IMG/VR virus record: IMGVR_UViG_3300046012_000651
Span: 1 to 32,942 of that record
Origin: a virus
Taxonomy: Duplodnaviria > Caudoviricetes
DNA length: 32,942 bases
Reading direction: 5' to 3' (one strand)
Below are positions 25,558 to 32,942 of the stretch, in pieces. Every line of letters begins with the position of its first letter. Positions within the stretch are counted from its first letter, which is position 1. The translations under genes and the position numbers were made by a program. The notes beneath the pieces are model-generated. The model made no database searches. It was not told where the DNA came from and saw only the letters and a list, made by a program, of their open reading frames with translations.

Positions 25558-26982
25558 ATGACCAACGTACCCTCCATCACGCTTGGACCTGACGGCTTTG
25601 TCGCACCAGCCGCGTCGGCTATCTTCACGGGCGTCCAGGAAGATCAACAGGCGGCTTTCGGCGGCAATCTCAACCCCTCACCCGCGACACCGCAAGGGCA
25701 GTTGGCGACGAGCGAAACGGCTGTCATCGACAATCAAAACGCCCTGATGCTGTCCATCTTCAACGGGGTGGACCCGGCGTATGCCTTTGGTCGGATGCAG
25801 GACGCCATATGCCGCATCTACTTCTTAGAGCGCAACCCGGCGCTCCCGACGACAGTGGAATGCGCCTGCTCCGGCGTTCCGGGCACCGTGATCCCTCAGT
25901 TCGCGTTGGTAACCGACGGTACGAACACGTACTACGCGACAGATGGGGGTACGATCGGGGGCGGCGGCACGGCGACCATCCAATTCGCCAATCAGCAGAC
26001 CGGCCCGATTGCGTGCCCCGCCAGCACAGTCACGCAGATTTTTCAGGTAATCACAGGGTGGGACAGTGTTACGAACCCGAGTGACGGCATTCTCGGTACT
26101 GACGTAGAGAGTCGCGCGGACTTTGAAGCGCGACGGTTTGCCAGCGTCGCGGTAAATGCCGTCGGTACACTCCCCGCTATCCGCGGTAGCGTTTCTTCAG
26201 TCGCCGGTGTCGTAGATGTATACACCACGGAAAACGACACGACATCGCCGGTTACGATTGGCGGCGCGGCGCTCGTTGCGAACAGCCTTTACGTCGCAGT
26301 CGTTGGTGGGTCAGACCAGGACGTGGCGACTGCGATCTGGAAAAAGAAAGCGCCGGGCTGCAACTACAACGGGAATACGACGGAGACCGTCTACGACACG
26401 TCGTCACCGTATCCTTCACCCGGTGTACCGTACACCGTGACCTTTGAGCGGCCTCCGGCGCTCGAGTTCGCCGTAGCAGTCACGCTGCAAAACAACGCAG
26501 GCATTCCGAGTGACGCGCTGACACAAATTCAGAATGCCGTGATCGCCGCGTTCTCCGGGTCCGACGGTGGTCCGCGCGCGCAGATCGGCGTTACGTTCTT
26601 GGTGAGTCGCCTGTTTTCCGGGGTTGCCGCGCTCGGCGCTTGGGCGCAGATCCTGTCCATCGGCATTGGTTCTGCGAACACGGCGGACGCAGTCGTCACG
26701 GGGAGTATCAGCGGTACGACGCTGACCGTGACCGCCGTCACAAGTGGCACACTCGCCGTCGGCCAGAACATCGCCGTGGGCACTACCGGCGTGACCGACG
26801 GAACGACGATCACAGCGCTTGGGACCGGGACCGGTGGCACGGGAACGTACACCGTGTCGACTAGTCAAACGGTAAGTTCGCGCACTGTCAAGGCAGTCGC
26901 ACCGACCAAGAACTCGTCGACGGTGAACATCAATCAAGCGCCTACGATCGCGGCGCCGGACATCACACTCATTCTTGCCTAA
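25558..26982 (+). CDS. Baseplate J-like protein with one inserted Gly/Thr module
   Basis: TPQGQLA, GRMQDAI.RIYF, GWDSVTN, ESRADFE.RR, VAVVGG, KAPGC. Confidence 0.92.
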   Translation: MTNVPSITLGPDGFVAPAASAIFTGVQEDQQAAFGGNLNPSPATPQGQLATSETAVIDNQNALMLSIFNGVDPAYAFGRMQDAICRIYFLERNPALPTTVECACSGVPGTVIPQFALVTDGTNTYYATDGGTIGGGGTATIQFANQQTGPIACPASTVTQIFQVITGWDSVTNPSDGILGTDVESRADFEARRFASVAVNAVGTLPAIRGSVSSVAGVVDVYTTENDTTSPVTIGGAALVANSLYVAVVGGSDQDVATAIWKKKAPGCNYNGNTTETVYDTSSPYPSPGVPYTVTFERPPALEFAVAVTLQNNAGIPSDALTQIQNAVIAAFSGSDGGPRAQIGVTFLVSRLFSGVAALGAWAQILSIGIGSANTADAVVTGSISGTTLTVTAVTSGTLAVGQNIAVGTTGVTDGTTITALGTGTGGTGTYTVSTSQTVSSRTVKAVAPTKNSSTVNINQAPTIAAPDITLILA

Positions 26983-26994
26983 GGATTTCACCCG

Positions 26995-27480
26995 ATGAGC
27001 CACAGCGGACCGAACTGGGCGTACAACTACCAGCCGTCTCCGGCAGAGTGGGAAGCGGCGTTCGAGGCAAAGCAGGATTGGAGCGCTATCCTCGACACCA
27101 TCATCGCGCAAGGTGGCGCCCCGGCGCAGACCGTGGGCACCTGGACGCCGAACGACCAGTCCGGTGCAGGGCTCACACTCGCAGTGAGCGCGAACTACAC
27201 GCGCATCGGTAACTTGGTCTTTGCGTACGGGCAGATCACATACCCCACGACGGCGGATACCAGTGCGGCGATCATCGGCGGTCTGCCGGTGCCCATCGCC
27301 CCGGAGTTCTACGCGCGTGGTCCGTGTCCTGTCGGCAATGACGGCGCGCTCAGCATCTGTGGATACCCCCAGTCGAGCAGCACGCAGTTTGCACTGAAGA
27401 CGCCAGCTGGGGTTGCGATCACGAACGCGCAACTCTCAGGTCGTACGATTGACTTCATCTTGACGTACCCGGCAGTGTAG
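26995..27480 (+). CDS. Short tail-fibre-like protein
   Basis: N-terminal PNW...PSPAEW..AF.AKQD segment, then GTWTP...YTRIGNLVF...IGGLP, a pattern common in fibre C-terminal domains. Confidence 0.6.
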   Translation: MSHSGPNWAYNYQPSPAEWEAAFEAKQDWSAILDTIIAQGGAPAQTVGTWTPNDQSGAGLTLAVSANYTRIGNLVFAYGQITYPTTADTSAAIIGGLPVPIAPEFYARGPCPVGNDGALSICGYPQSSSTQFALKTPAGVAITNAQLSGRTIDFILTYPAV

Positions 27481-27488
27481 TTACCGCG

Positions 27489-28157
27489 ATGACTCTCGGA
27501 CCGCTTGATCCTCTCAGGTTCGCCGACAACGGCATCGGTCTGTTCAAGATCGGCGCCAGTCCCATTGGGACACGTCCGAACCTGAACCTGAATGAGACCA
27601 TTCTCAGTCAGTACACGGCGAGCCCCAAGCTGCTGGCGTTGATCGGAGACTTCGAAGAGTGGTACGATCCCACCGAAGTGATCGACGCGTTCTACGATCA
27701 AGTGTGGAACGTGGACACCGCGGTCGGGTGGGGCCTCGACGTCTGGGGTCGTATCGTAGGTCTGGAAACGGGGCGCATCCTTACGGTCGGCGGTGATTAC
27801 CTCGGCTGGAAAGAGGCTGGTCCGTTCGGCCCTGAGCCGTTCTACCAAGCGCCGTGGTACCTCAGCCCCACCACGACGAACAACGTCGCGCTCACAGACC
27901 CAGCGTTTCGCCAGTTGATCCTAGCGAAAGCGGCGTCCAATATCTGTGACGGTTCCATTCCCGGTATCAATCAAGTTCTTCTTCGTCTGTTCGACGGACG
28001 CGGTTCCTGCTTCGCGCGAGACCTCGGCGGGATGCAGATGCAGTACGTTTTCAACTTCACGCTGACGCCGCTTGACCTCGCCATCATCACGCAGACGGGT
28101 ATCCTGCCAAAGCCGGTCGGCGTTCAGCTCTCCTATATCGTGGAGCCGTTCCCATGA
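27489..28157 (+). CDS. Baseplate wedge protein (DUF2612 type)
   Basis: TILSQY..SP, VWNVDTA.GWGLDVWGRIVG, LTD..FR.LIL.KA..NI, LPKPVGV. Confidence 0.9.
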   Translation: MTLGPLDPLRFADNGIGLFKIGASPIGTRPNLNLNETILSQYTASPKLLALIGDFEEWYDPTEVIDAFYDQVWNVDTAVGWGLDVWGRIVGLETGRILTVGGDYLGWKEAGPFGPEPFYQAPWYLSPTTTNNVALTDPAFRQLILAKAASNICDGSIPGINQVLLRLFDGRGSCFARDLGGMQMQYVFNFTLTPLDLAIITQTGILPKPVGVQLSYIVEPFP

Positions 28158-28672
28158 AGCAGAGTGACATCCCGTCTAAGTTTTCAATTCCGTTTGCTAA
28201 CACCGGCGTCAAGAACGCCGTCCCCATTGCTTCGCAGATCAGCGTCACACCGGGGGCGGCGAGCTTCACCGACGGCTTCCCGCCCCTCACGTTCATCCCT
28301 ATCGCGGCGGGCGGTATCCCTCCGAGCGGTGCCGACGCCAATGGTATCCTGTTCGACGCAACGGCGTGGAACCGCTGGCAGCAAGCCGGGAACGCGCTGC
28401 TGTGGGACTCAACGTTTTCGGCGGCGATCGGCGGCTACCCCAAGGGTGCTCTCGTTCTCAGTGCAGACTCGTCGCATTGGTGGCTCTGCACGGCGGACGA
28501 CAATACGACGAACCCTGACGCAAGCGGTGCTGGATGGACGCAGATCGGCCCGTTCGGCAACCTGATGCAGCTGGACGCCGGCAGCGGGCTCACGATCGAC
28601 AACGTCGGCAAGAAGCTGAACGTCATCCCGCAGCCTTCCAACACACTCTACGTCTTTCAGAACTGCTTGTAA
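28154..28672 (+). CDS. Tail fibre baseplate-anchor protein (short)
   Basis: PFA..G.KN.VP, ASFTDGFPPLT, AGGIPP.G.D.NGIL, AIGGYPKGA, N.T.PD. Confidence 0.8.
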   Translation: MKQSDIPSKFSIPFANTGVKNAVPIASQISVTPGAASFTDGFPPLTFIPIAAGGIPPSGADANGILFDATAWNRWQQAGNALLWDSTFSAAIGGYPKGALVLSADSSHWWLCTADDNTTNPDASGAGWTQIGPFGNLMQLDAGSGLTIDNVGKKLNVIPQPSNTLYVFQNCL

Positions 28673-28687
28673 GCAGAGGAACACCCC

Positions 28688-29101
28688 ATGACTGCAAACA
28701 ATAACCCGGTCTTTGCGCTGACGCCTCAGTTCAACCCGAGCAAGGCAACGACCGGCGATACGTCGCTCACCGCGCCGTCAAACGCGGTGCAGATTTCGGA
28801 TATCGCTCCGACCGCCGGTTCGCGCATCGACTTCATCGATCTCCAGGCGGTTGCGACCACGACCGCAACCATGCTGCGTCTCTTTCTGAAGACCGGCAGC
28901 ACGTACACGCTCTGGAGGGAAATCCCGGTCCAGGCGATCGCGGCCAGCTCCTCGCAGCCGGCGTGGAACGCGCATCTCAGCTCCGTCATGAACCCGGACA
29001 TACTGCCGTTGATCATGCCGTCCGGCTACTCCATGTGGATGACCGTCAACGATACCCAGACGGGCATCTTCGGCAACGCTCGCAGCGGGGACTTCCAGTA
29101 A
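28688..29101 (+). CDS. Hypothetical tail-associated beta-rich protein
   Basis: GAGGA SD, within the fibre cluster, clean codon usage. Confidence 0.7.
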   Translation: MTANNNPVFALTPQFNPSKATTGDTSLTAPSNAVQISDIAPTAGSRIDFIDLQAVATTTATMLRLFLKTGSTYTLWREIPVQAIAASSSQPAWNAHLSSVMNPDILPLIMPSGYSMWMTVNDTQTGIFGNARSGDFQ

Positions 29102-30246
29102 TGAGCGCCATTCAAGTTCCTCCGGGCCAGGGTCCTCTTGGCTTTCCCCGTCCGCCTGGGGTGCCGACGCGTGTCGCCCCGCCCTACTGGAACAACTTCA
29201 AGGTCTATACGAACAGCGCTTCGCCGTACTCGGCGGAAGTCGTTCCGTACAATACCTTTCAGATGCTCTGTCTCGTCTGGGGCGGCGGCGGCAACGGTGC
29301 GGCCGTTCAGACTGGCGTCGCAGCCGGCGGCGGTGGCGGCGGCTTTGCGATGGGCATCCTCGACGTCACGCCGGGGCAGACGCTTCCGACGATCACGGTC
29401 GGCGGCCAGGGCGCGACGTCCAGTATTGGTTCGTTCATCAGCGCGACTGGTGGTGGTAATGCTAGCGGTGGCACTGGCGGATCTGGGGGGACCGGCACTG
29501 TCGCGGCGAACATCCGTGGTGCGTTCACGGCGAGCGGCGGCGCGGGCGGCGCGGCGTCTACGAGCAATTCCAACGCTGGCGGTGGCGGCGCGGCCGGCTC
29601 ACCGTACGGAACGGGTGGTGCAGGCGGTGCAGCTGGTGCGCTCACGACCGTCACTGGCGGCGGCGGTGCCCTCGGTCTAGGTCTCGGCGGAACTCCGACC
29701 TCCAACGCGCAAGCCGGCGGCGGTGCTGGCGTCGGCGGGTATACCGGCGGCGCTTCCACGACTGGCGGCGGAGGCGGCGGTACGGCGTCTCCGGGCGGTT
29801 CCACGTTCGGAGGCTCGGGTATCTCCGCGGCTTCTGTCACGTCCGGGAACGGTGGCACTGGAACGTCGTCATTCACCGACGTCTGGCATCGTCTCCTCGC
29901 GCGGTACTTCGATGGCGGCGGTGGCGCGGGCGGTTCTTCCCCTGGCAACGGCGGCTACGGCGGTGGCGGTGGCGGTACGGTAGGTGCGTCGTCGACCGCA
30001 GGCCAAGGCGGCTTCGGTGCCGGCGGCGGTGCAGCGCAAGGGAACAGCGGTACGATCACCGGTGGTGCGGGCGGTACGTTCGGCGGGGGCGGTGGTGCTT
30101 CCGGCATCTCGAACAACCCGGCGACCGGCGGCGCTGGCGGTATCGCGGGTGGCGGTGGCGGCGCGGCGTCCAGCGGTGCGGGCACCGTCACGGCGGGCGC
30201 GGGCGGCGTCGGCTTGGTCATTCTTCTGTGGACTGAAGGATACTGA
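29101..30246 (+). CDS. Glycine-rich tail protein, putative adhesin
   Basis: VWGGGGNG...GGGGGGFA...ITVG..G, many GGxGG runs, terminal G.GG.GLVIL.W. Confidence 0.75.
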   Translation: MSAIQVPPGQGPLGFPRPPGVPTRVAPPYWNNFKVYTNSASPYSAEVVPYNTFQMLCLVWGGGGNGAAVQTGVAAGGGGGGFAMGILDVTPGQTLPTITVGGQGATSSIGSFISATGGGNASGGTGGSGGTGTVAANIRGAFTASGGAGGAASTSNSNAGGGGAAGSPYGTGGAGGAAGALTTVTGGGGALGLGLGGTPTSNAQAGGGAGVGGYTGGASTTGGGGGGTASPGGSTFGGSGISAASVTSGNGGTGTSSFTDVWHRLLARYFDGGGGAGGSSPGNGGYGGGGGGTVGASSTAGQGGFGAGGGAAQGNSGTITGGAGGTFGGGGGASGISNNPATGGAGGIAGGGGGAASSGAGTVTAGAGGVGLVILLWTEGY

Positions 30247-30247
30247 T

Positions 30248-30733
30248 ATGAAGTGGGCTCGCATCAAGGATGAGAACAACGACGTCGAGGTGACGGACAC
30301 CGATCCTGCGGGTCGGTATGTCCCGGAAATCGAGGCGGAGTTCTTTCAGTGTAACGACGCCGTGACGCCGAACAGCGTATTCCACGGCGGTGACGCGATG
30401 AACCTCGCCAACTGGACGATCTGGATACCACCTCCCCCGCCCCCGGAAAACCCGGCGCTCCCCACCGTGGGGCCGGGGCGTATGTACCAGCTGGTCCCCC
30501 TTCAGACCCGGATCGACATCAAGAACTCCAATGATCCGATTGTGAAGGAGATCTATGACAGCCTTCAGGTCGCGATGCAGACCAGTGAGCCGATCGATCT
30601 CGGCAGTATCTCAGTTCAGCAGGAACTGGGGTACTTGGTCGCGACTGACGTGAGCCCAACGCCGCAGAGCGGCGCGCGGAAATACCTGACGCAGGCTCAG
30701 ATGGACAAGATCCTGACGAACACGCTTCCGTGA
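30248..30733 (+). CDS. Hypothetical protein, probable tail fibre assembly chaperone
   Basis: MKWARI...VE...DP.GRY, polyproline linker, helical C-terminus. Follows the Gly-rich gene. Confidence 0.6.
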   Translation: MKWARIKDENNDVEVTDTDPAGRYVPEIEAEFFQCNDAVTPNSVFHGGDAMNLANWTIWIPPPPPPENPALPTVGPGRMYQLVPLQTRIDIKNSNDPIVKEIYDSLQVAMQTSEPIDLGSISVQQELGYLVATDVSPTPQSGARKYLTQAQMDKILTNTLP

Positions 30734-30745
30734 GAGTGCGTAGAG

Positions 30746-31276
30746 ATGCCTGATGGAACTGATCTTGGACAGAAAATCGCCGAGGTTCGTGATTGGGCAT
30801 CTCTCGCAGACGCCGGGTTGGGCGCTATTCTCGGTGCGCTGGCATTCGCCGGCATACTGTGGCGCCCAATACGTCGTTGGAGACTAAACCGCGCGCGTCG
30901 ACGACTGGAGCACAAAGCGATGATCAAAAACCAACGGCTCGCAGAGCAAGCCCGCGTCATTGACGAGCGCGTCAGTGCGGCGCTGGTGTCATTCCGGAAG
31001 AGTGTCATGGACGATCTGAAGGCAATGATGTCAGACCACGCGGCGGCGGCCCAGAATGACCTTCAGCAAGTTGGGTTGCTCGTGGGGCGCGTCGCGGCTA
31101 CCGTGGAAGCCTCAATGAACACGATGGGCAAGAGCGTGGACCGCATCGAAAAGAGTGTGGACGCGTGCCACAGCCGGATAGACGACTTTCTCACGGCGTG
31201 CGCTTCCGGCTCCGTGGCTCAGCATTTCCGCGTAGAGCAGCGCGCGCTCGTTGGACCAAAGGAGTCAGGTCAGTGA
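30746..31276 (+). CDS. Single-TM coiled-coil membrane protein (holin/antiholin/spanin candidate)
   Basis: Hydrophobic AGLGAILGALAFAGILW, then an Arg-rich stretch and coiled coil. Coupled to the endolysin gene. Confidence 0.6.
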   Translation: MPDGTDLGQKIAEVRDWASLADAGLGAILGALAFAGILWRPIRRWRLNRARRRLEHKAMIKNQRLAEQARVIDERVSAALVSFRKSVMDDLKAMMSDHAAAAQNDLQQVGLLVGRVAATVEASMNTMGKSVDRIEKSVDACHSRIDDFLTACASGSVAQHFRVEQRALVGPKESGQ

Positions 31277-31761
31277 ACGGCCCGCTGACGTCCTGGACAG
31301 ACCAGGATTTTGACGTTGTATTCCGCACGCTGTACGGTGAAGCACGCGGCGAACCGATCGAAGGTCAGACCGCCGTCATCTACACGATGGTGAACCGCGC
31401 GCTGTTGGCGCGCACGCGGCCGATCCACATCTTCGGGAATGGTAGTCTCGCATCAGTGTGTCAAGCGCCGTGGCAGTACAGCTGCATGAACCCCGGACCG
31501 ATACGGTCACAGCTTCTCCTCCTCAAGCCTGGATCGCCGGGTACGGCCCGCGTCTGCGCCACGGTGCTCGGCGTGCTGCTCGGCGACCTCACTCCGCCGA
31601 CGGAACCGTGGTGGTCGCCACGGATGACGCACTATCACGTTGCGACAGACCCGTTTCCGTCTGGGTGGACTCCGAACCCGAAGCCTGACGATTGGCAGCC
31701 GCCGTCGTTCGACGGGATCATCGGCAAGCACGCCTTCTACTCAGAGGAAAAGGTCCCATGA
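31273..31761 (+). CDS. Endolysin, cell wall hydrolase (SleB/Hydrolase_2 family)
   Basis: RTLYGEARGE..EGQ.AV...VNR, VC..PWQYSC, THY, IGKHAFY. GTG start at 31273. Confidence 0.9.
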   Translation: MNGPLTSWTDQDFDVVFRTLYGEARGEPIEGQTAVIYTMVNRALLARTRPIHIFGNGSLASVCQAPWQYSCMNPGPIRSQLLLLKPGSPGTARVCATVLGVLLGDLTPPTEPWWSPRMTHYHVATDPFPSGWTPNPKPDDWQPPSFDGIIGKHAFYSEEKVP

Positions 31762-32513
31762 GTCTTCTTGACGTACCGAACCTCGTGACGAACCTCGTAC
31801 TCATGACGCGCGCTTCCATCGAGGTGTACACAAAGGATCTCAGCGCGCGGCGCGCGGCGTTGGAGGCAATGGGCTTCGTCTGGCGCGGCGTCGTGCAGGT
31901 TCCCGGACGTGACGTCACAGTCGTGCGCTGGGGTGACAAGAATCTGAGCATCACGCAAGGCACTTGCTTCACGCAGGACAACGATCCACGTGAAGTGCTG
32001 GCGGACTTGGAACTGTTTCCATGGCGTTCGCCGTGGGGCACGGTGCTTCCTCATGGGTTCGGTGCCGTACTCCCCGACATTGTGCCCAAGATCCACGCGC
32101 TCGGTGATCCATCACTACCCTGGCACCACACCGGACACAGCCTCGGCGGACAGACGGCACAGCTGATCATCGACCCCGCCCTACTGCCCGGCACAGCCTG
32201 GGCGATAAATCCGCCGACGGGAGCCAGCAACGAGCATTGGCGGCGTGTCCACAGCGATCCACGCAATACAAACATTGTCCTCGTCAATGAACGCGAGTTC
32301 GCGCACGGTTACGGCGTTGGACTGGACTGGCATCAGGACATTCCATTCCTCTGGCTGCATCACGGCGAGCTGCGCGAGTCAACCGGGCGCAACGGCTTCA
32401 ACTGGAATACCGAAGAGCACTTCGCACAGCCGACGCTCGTCAATCTCATGACGGTGCCGGGGGCCGTGTCGGTAATACCACAGACATCACACATCGCGGG
32501 AGTCACTACGTGA
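31758..32513 (+). CDS. Lipase class 3-like alpha/beta hydrolase
   Basis: QGT, ADL, HGF, nucleophile elbow TGHSLGG, late His (EEHF). ATGA-coupled to the endolysin gene. Confidence 0.8.
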   Translation: MSLLDVPNLVTNLVLMTRASIEVYTKDLSARRAALEAMGFVWRGVVQVPGRDVTVVRWGDKNLSITQGTCFTQDNDPREVLADLELFPWRSPWGTVLPHGFGAVLPDIVPKIHALGDPSLPWHHTGHSLGGQTAQLIIDPALLPGTAWAINPPTGASNEHWRRVHSDPRNTNIVLVNEREFAHGYGVGLDWHQDIPFLWLHHGELRESTGRNGFNWNTEEHFAQPTLVNLMTVPGAVSVIPQTSHIAGVTT

Positions 32514-32764
32514 TGGCAGACATGAGCATTCAGACGTCGGCCAATGTCGCTTTCGGCGGTTCGGCCCTCGTTGATCTTTCCGTGTGGATACAACAGTGCC
32601 TGAACGCCGGCGATTTCGTGGTGCCCAGCACTGAGCTGATCACGATTGGTGTCGCTTGCACGGTGCCGTTGGTCCACGTCATTTTCCGCGGCATCATGCG
32701 CCGCGTCACCCGCTGGGCTGACGGAGACAGTCCGGCACATCCTCAGGAGGACGCCATCAAATGA
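32510..32764 (+). CDS. Small membrane protein, holin candidate
   Basis: 84 aa, one clear and one weak hydrophobic segment, charged C-terminus, inside the lysis cassette. Confidence 0.5.
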   Translation: MMADMSIQTSANVAFGGSALVDLSVWIQQCLNAGDFVVPSTELITIGVACTVPLVHVIFRGIMRRVTRWADGDSPAHPQEDAIK

Positions 32765-32942
32765 AACACTTCGTACTCGGCTCGGCGCTGCTGACACTCA
32801 GCGCTTGCGCTTCCAACGGGACTATCACGCCCGGTGCGCAGGGTGCGCTCCAGATCGCTTGTACCTTCGACAAGCTGGTTCCAGGAGGCATCGCCACCGT
32901 CGGCGCCATCGCCACGATCGCCGACCCGACCTTTGCCGGCCT
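32761..32942 (+). CDS. Lipoprotein (partial), spanin candidate
   Basis: Not in the ORF track. AGGAGG SD, MKHFVLGSALLTLSA-C lipobox (LSAC, Cys16), open to the window end. Confidence 0.75.
   Translation, partial: MKHFVLGSALLTLSACASNGTITPGAQGALQIACTFDKLVPGGIATVGAIATIADPTFAG

Noticed and set aside
11661-26880. Repeated modules considered as DGR template/variable repeats or inteins
   Set aside because: Similarity is at protein level with diverged DNA, with no adenine-specific pattern and no reverse transcriptase. The Cys/Ser...His-Asn splice motifs of inteins are absent.
29307-30221. Proline-rich minus-strand ORFs
   Set aside because: They are the reverse-complement reading of GGC/GGT glycine codons in the Gly-rich gene.

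Overview
The window is the late (morphogenesis and lysis) arm of a GC-rich tailed phage or prophage with a contractile tail. Gene content and order match the myovirus type with a DUF1073 portal, DUF2213 protease/scaffold, DUF2184 capsid, DUF3383 sheath, Gp138-type spike and DUF2612 wedge. A GcrA-like gene points to an alphaproteobacterial host. At the left are two leftward genes (a truncated possible primase and a ribbon-helix-helix protein) and an AT-rich, repeat-rich spacer that may be an origin. A rightward operon follows: NusG-family antiterminator, terminase, portal, MuF, head, neck, tail, baseplate, fibres and lysis. The main oddities are: (1) an R-S-ExE ADP-ribosyltransferase gene coupled to a head protease/scaffold polyprotein that contains a Nudix hydrolase, with recurring A-x-D motifs at domain borders; (2) one ~65-aa Gly/Thr-rich module inserted seven times into four virion proteins, apparently nested inside itself in the sheath and head protein; (3) a spike with a long C-terminal extension plus a PAAR gene; (4) a lipase inside the lysis cassette; (5) a GcrA C-terminal domain without its DNA-binding domain; (6) a signal-peptide protein among the neck genes. 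All family calls come from motif recognition and synteny by eye; no searches were run.
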